From the NCBI GenBank assembly GCA_964016885.1, contig OZ024741.1, forward strand, positions 387,562,001 through 387,626,000: 64,000 bases of DNA. Direction: 5' to 3'. The DNA is from Eledone cirrhosa. Lineage: Eukaryota. This document shows, piece after piece, positions 57,686 through 64,000 of the stretch. The notes beneath the pieces are model-generated. The model did not search any database and had not been told where the DNA came from. It saw nothing but the letters and a program-made list of their open reading frames with translations. Position 1 is the first letter of the stretch. Each line of letters starts with the position of its first letter. The translations under genes were made by a program, and so were the position numbers.

Positions 57686-59449
57686 AGTGGTGGTGGTGGT
57701 GGTGGTGGTTGTTGTGTATGTATTAGAGAGAGACACTTGTGGTTTGAATATGAATATATTTGTATCAAGAATTTAAGACTTTATGAAGTACATTATCTTA
57801 ATCTTGTGTTCACATTGTTACTCTGTATTTGACATTATCTCCTCCTTGGAAGAAGTTTATTTATTTATTTATTTATTTATTAAGTTGTTAACCTCTGTAT
57901 CTACTTCACTAATTAATTTTCAATATGCGATACGGGGGGAGGGGTTAAGTGTTTTTTTATTATTATTATTCTTTTAGTGTTTCATATTACTTTTTCTTTT
58001 TTTTCTTCTGTTTTCTACTATTTGTGTCTTGACTAATGTCACAACATAAGCAGCACACACACACACATGCGCACACACACACACACACACACACACATGC
58101 GCACACACACACACACACACACAGAGATAAGAAGAGTTCCCCATAGGTAGACTTTGATCCTTTGCCTCGCTTTTTAACTGAAAAGCATTTTGAAATTTTG
58201 CCACTCCTCACCACACCATCACCTCCTCCCCCTCCCATTTTATATTCTTATTGTTTATTTCTATTATTACTATTATTATTCCATAGCCTTATTGTCTTTT
58301 TTTTTTCATTGGTTTGTTAACACAGACTCTGTAAAATTATCTCATGACTCGATCTGCTTCACCCTCTCTTTCTCTCCTCGCCCTCCCTACTACTCTTTCC
58401 CTCTCCCACTCACACTGTGTGGAGTAATCCATCTGAATAGCAGGGTACAAAAGTTACACTGATCTGCTTATAATAAGACTAACCTTAAGTGTCTCTGCCA
58501 GTTCAGCTTAAGACAGTGTTGTAGGTTGGTCAGTGCCATTGCCTTAGCTTTGCTTGTTGGCTGGCTGGCTGGCTATAAGATTTAGTCTCTGTCTCTATGG
58601 TTCCTGCTCCATTCACTGTGATTTATTTCTGCTGTCTACACCTGCCCCTGATGTCAAAGGAAGATCAAATAATTATGATGAGTACCAAGTTGTCACACAA
58701 ACACACACTCCTTGGGTGTTTGTATGTCCGCCCTTCGCAGAGCTATGTCTTGCTTCTTCTACTCTGTGAAAACATAGCCGGGACCTGAAGAGAAACAAGC
58801 TCCATTGATAGACTGTAAAATTTCCAAAAAAGAAAATGAAGAAGCAACCAATGTTTTTCATCACCTATATTGGTGGAGGAGATGATGGCAGTGGTGGAGA
58901 TGGTAGTATTCCTGGTATTTACTTACAGTTGTGATGTTGTTGCTTCCTAAAGAATGGTCAGTCAATACACACATACACATGCAAACACACAACTAAGCAC
59001 ACATAATCTGTGCACCACTACATGCACACATATATGCACACACAACTAAACACATACACCTGTGTACCAACATGCATACACAAGTATACATACATACATA
59101 CACAAGTATACATACATACGCAAGTATATATACATACATACACAAGTATACATACATACACAAGTATACATACATACACAAGTATACATACATACACATA
59201 CACACAATTTAGCAGACACATATCCCAACACACACACATAAGCATACATACGCGGGTGTCCCAACACTCTCATAAACAAGCATGCATACAACATACATTA
59301 TTCCAGTTATTTGGGTTTAATTAACATTTGTCTTCTGAAAATTCATTAATTTTCCATTGCTATCAATATCTTTATATATATATATAAACGTATGTGTACA
59401 TACCTACATACATACATACACACACACACACACATACTATATATATATA

Positions 59450-59490
<41 letters not shown>

Positions 59491-62400
59491 ATATATATAA
59501 AGATATTGATAGCAATGGAATATATATGTGTATGTATATATATTCCTCCCTCAGCTATCTCTTTATATATACATATCCAAGAAATGATACATATTCTCTT
59601 TACTCGTATTGTTGTGTTCACAAAGTATCTTTTTTTGTATGTATTTTTGATATGTTGTGAGGTTGTTTTTCTATAACACTTATTTAAGAAATTTGTGTAA
59701 AATTCATTGCAACTGGTTATCTGAACAGTAACAAATATATGTATATAAGATATTTAGTTCTGTAGTTTTAGATTGAAATTTTAATGAATTTTTTTTTCTG
59801 TTGTTAGTTTCTTTTAAAACTGCCAACTTGTTTATTATTTAAAAAGTTATATATATCATTAAGTTCTATAAGTCACAAAAGGGTTAACCCTTTTGATCCC
59901 CAGCCAACCCCAAACTGCATCTAGTTCTATGAAACAAAACCCAATTTTAAAGGGTTAAAATTTCAGCCAATATAATTTGATCGAAGAACTTTTTACTCAG
60001 CTATGTTGTAAATACTATCTTGATAATGGCTTCTGATTTAGGGGGAGAGGAAAGTTGATTAAATCAAACCCAGTGTGTTACTGGTACTTTATTTTATCAT
60101 CCCCATAAAGATGAAAGCCAAAGCTAACTTTGGCTAGATTTGAACTCAAATACTATCTAGATAATGAAATAGTTAATAATTTTGATAATTCCTTCTAAAT
60201 CCTGCATTAATTCCTTCAAATACAGTGTATCCTATAACACATGCTAGTGTGGAAAGTGGACGTTAAACGAGGATGATGATGATGATCAGGAAAGGGTTAA
60301 ACAGAGTTCAGAGCAGAAGAATATGTTTTCTTCAGCAACAGATATTGACCTGCCATTGTCCAGAGTGGACATTAGTCACCTCAATCTCATCCGTCTAAAA
60401 AATACCTTCAAAAGTAATGGACACTGTTCCCTCTTCCGCTTATCCTGTAATTTTTATAAACGTCTATATTACCGTTGTGAAACTTTCCAGTAATAAGTGT
60501 AAAGACTTTACACTAATAGCGCCGTTTTGTACTTTTCAAGAATGTCCTAATGTGGTTTCATGTAGCACAGGACATTAAGTGTTTTAAAAAAATCCACTTA
60601 CATAATCATTAGTCCCCCCCCCCCCCCCCCCCAAAAAAAAATCTATCTTGAGCCTGGAGCCTCATCCGACCGCTGCTTATCCTGGTTCCTGTGGCGTTAA
60701 GCTATGCAAACTTATGACTAATTTGAAGTGATATTTGAGAAAATTTATTACTTGAAATATACTGTTTAGATTAATTATATCATTGCTTACTTACTGTCTA
60801 ATTTGATGTACAAATACTTTATGAAACACTTGTTATTCATTGATTTGTTACTGTTGGTGTCTAGCTTTGAGAATCTGTCATATTGGTGAACATGTTTTCT
60901 CAACAAATTAACTCTGTTGATACCAACCTACTCCCAAAACTGACTCTGAAAAAACAAAACAAAAAAAAAACACCTACTTTAATCAGTTCCTTTTAAATTA
61001 AAATCTGCCGACATAATTTTATATAAAGACCATATGTTGACAATCTGAGCAATGAAATAATTAATAATTTTAGTAAATCCCTCAAAATTCTTAATTAATT
61101 AATTAAAATAAAATGTATTTCATTATAAATATGATCATAAAAGAACTAAACCATAGTTTCTTATTAATTCTATGTATTGCAATTCTTTATACATTTCACC
61201 TAAGACAGTCACATTGCTTTGCAAGGTTAGCTTTGCCTTTCATCCTTACAGGGTCAATAAAATAAAATACCAGTAATGCACTGGTGTTTATTTAATTGAC
61301 TTTCCCTTCCCCCCAAATTGTTGGCATTATGCCTAAATCAGAATTATTTAATGAATGATGTCCTTGATGAATGAATGATGTCCTTGCATCTGTATTGGAT
61401 ATCATTTCATGAATGAATAATTATATTTTGAAATGAAGTTATAGTTCTTTCAACTAGCCAATAACTTCAACATGCTAAAAAAAGAAGGGAAAGGAAAGGA
61501 ACCAATCTTTAGATTGGTTCCTTTCCTATGTTTGCATTGGTCTTTCCATTGCTGATAAAATCTGTTTGGTCACAACTTCTAAGTACTTAGAAATAACAGA
61601 TCAGAATAAAAAAATTTGTAAAAAAAGGTAATCCTTTAGCAAAGGGAGCCTATATTTCACATCTTGCTTGGGTCTACCAGTTTTTCACAGGTCTGAGCAT
61701 GATGTACTAACAACAATTTGATTGTGGGAATGGTAAAATTACTAGTAAAGTTATGCCAACTACATTTACAGTGTGGGCTGAGTGCTTTTTATCATGGCAC
61801 CAAAACAACCAACTGACAGGTTGGACTGGCTACTCTTTGTTGTGTCACCAACACGATCAGTTTACAGGGTGGACCAGGTACTTTTTGTTGTGTCACAAAC
61901 ACAATCACTTTACAGGGTAGTTTATATTTATCTAAAACCGTCCATCATAATTTTAAACCTTTTAAAAGTTATGCTGCAAACGCTAACTTAATGAGAAAAG
62001 TCAATTATATTACTAAATCCATTGGAATGCTTGATTATTTTCAAAATGATTTCAAAATCCTAGAGGTTGTCTTTCATTAGAAATATGGTAATAAAGGGGT
62101 TAATCAGGAATGACAGTAAAAGATTAATTAATTGATGGAAATCTTCTATGATTATCTTGGTTCATGAGCAATAACTGTTTGAAGAATGCCTAACATCACC
62201 ATATATATATATGTGTATATGTGTCTATATATATATATACATGTAAATAAATATGTATGTATGTATCTATCTATCTACACACATTAGTTAATTCATTAGT
62301 AAATCTCATGGTATGCGTTACTTGCAGCTAAAATCCTAGCAGACTATTATTTCTTCAATGCCAGTCAATTTGAATTTTACCAAATTTCCTTCCTTCTCTC

Positions 62401-62564
62401 TTTTTGTTGTCTTGTCTTATATATCTTTTCTCCACTTTCTATTTTCCTCTCCTTTTGTTCTTCTCTCTCTCTCTATTATATTTTATTTCATTATAATCAT
62501 CTATATATGTGTGTGTGTTTCTCTCTCTGCCCTGTGTTGTTGCTATTGATAAAGGCCACCATAC

Positions 62565-62635
62565 CTGTGCGTTGGAAGGTTAGGTTTTTGCACGTAGTTT
62601 AACCAGTTGCCAGATCTAACTCTTCCAGCTCATAG
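62565..62635 (+). ncRNA. mir-750: pre-miR-750 hairpin; mature 3p CCAGATCTAACTCTTCCAGCTCA at 62610-62632, 5p arm 62570-62592
   Basis: Match to the recalled protostome miR-750 mature sequence; ~25-bp stem; lower stem CCAC/GTGG; CNNC (CATC) motif starting 17 nt after the 3' end. Confidence 0.93.
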
Positions 62636-62996
62636 TTGTGGGACAGAGCATCAGCAGCAGCACCCTCCAAGAAGACTCTCCAGTAATGTTTTCATATCTC
62701 ATTCAATATATAACACACCTCTAACCCTATAGACACACACACAAGGACAGGCAGATAAACATAAACACATAGCAATAAACTGCTAAATTATTGGTAAGAT
62801 TATTATGCTCTGTTAGAAGAAATTTCCATGGTGTGTGTGTTTTTCTGTGTTTGTTGAGCTTCCATCATAGTCATTTTATTGTTAAGTTATTTTCCTCTGT
62901 TAAAATATTTTCTGTGACTTCTTCAGTTTCAATTAATGGGTATTGGATGAAAAAAAAAGAATGTATTTCAGTTTGAATTATACTTAACAGAAATAC

Positions 62997-63054
<58 letters not shown>

Positions 63055-63712
63055 GTGTGTGTGTGATCATTTTATGTCTATTTTCCATGCTGGCATGGGT
63101 TAGACATGTTGTCATGACATCTTGCTCATATATTCCATTTTGGCATGGCTTCTATAGCTGGATGCTTTTCCTAATGCCAGCCACTTTGCAGTATGTTCTG
63201 AATACATTTTATTGTGGCACCAGCATTACCACTTTACAGGGTTCGTTGGGTGTTGTTTTTTGTGGCACCAGCATATATACTGCTTTCCAGGTGGTTTGTG
63301 TCAAAAGTCACAACAAATCCTTTGCACTCGGTAGAATGTATGACCATATGTAAGCAAGATGCAAACCCCTCAGCCTGTCCGGGAAGTCAGTAGCTTCACT
63401 TCTACTGTATTGGTCTATATAGACCTGTCCAACTCATGCTAACAGGGAAAACGGACATTAAACAATGATGATGATATATATATATTATTAGTGATGGGGT
63501 AGTGAGTTGCTTATAAAAGTGAACTTGCACTGATACAATTTGAATTATTGTTTGGATCTAATAACAACTTGTTCTAGTTGACATAGCAGCAGCAGTGGAT
63601 AGACACACAGACAGATAGTGTTATATATATATATTACACCCCTACACACACATATATATAATTTATATCTGTATAAAAACAGTGTCTGTAGCTGATACTG
63701 CACCAACATGTA

Positions 63713-64000
63713 TCATCATCATCATCATCACCGTTTTACGTCCGTTCTTCCACGCTAGCATGAGTTAGACGGGTTGTCCTGTTGTGGGCAGTGTCTGGTC
63801 GGCTGACCATGCCTTGCCATTACAGGAACTGCTTTGGCTTGATTTCTACAGCTGGATGCCCTTCCTAACACCAACCTCATTTACAGGGGTGCTTTTTCGT
63901 GGCGCCTACACCTCCACTTTACAGTGTGGGCTGGGTGCTTTTTTGCAGTGGGGGGTGTGGGGGCATATTGTCTATATGCTTCAGCTTGTACCCATGGGAG
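63713..64000 (-). mobile_element. RTE 3' UTR (type I) copy, truncated by the window edge
   Basis: Near-identical to 40889-41210. Confidence 0.85.

Noticed and set aside
60336-60493. Possible next SZT2 exon after ttttcttcag
   Set aside because: Translation shows no resemblance to the expected downstream SZT2 sequence, and there is no convincing donor.

Overview
Eukaryotic, very repeat-rich genomic DNA, most likely a cephalopod (octopod-like SINE and RTE families, huge (TA)n/(TATG)n tracts); the taxon is inferred, not proven. 1-14460 is a 26-bp tandem satellite with a ~9.3-kb higher-order duplication. It is followed by one internal + strand exon (14625-14787) that I recognise as SZT2 (KICSTOR). 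No further SZT2 exon was recognised, so most of the window is probably intron. It is filled with decayed RTE, L1/Tx1, R4/Dong-like and CR1-group LINEs, tRNA-derived SINEs, a non-autonomous Helitron, MITEs, microsatellites and a 200-N gap. A canonical miR-750 hairpin lies at 62565-62635 on the same strand as SZT2. Most notable is a set of small, unrelated, (TA)n-associated elements with partial tandem or inverted duplications that carry minimal type I hammerhead ribozyme motifs (Penelope-like or retrozyme-like). Two of these fold completely but share a non-canonical CAGANGA core. There are also three copies of a 608-bp bipartite RTE derivative with an HDV-ribozyme-like 5' end. Nearly all long ORFs in the supplied track are repeat artefacts. 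All family assignments come from recalled motifs, not database searches.
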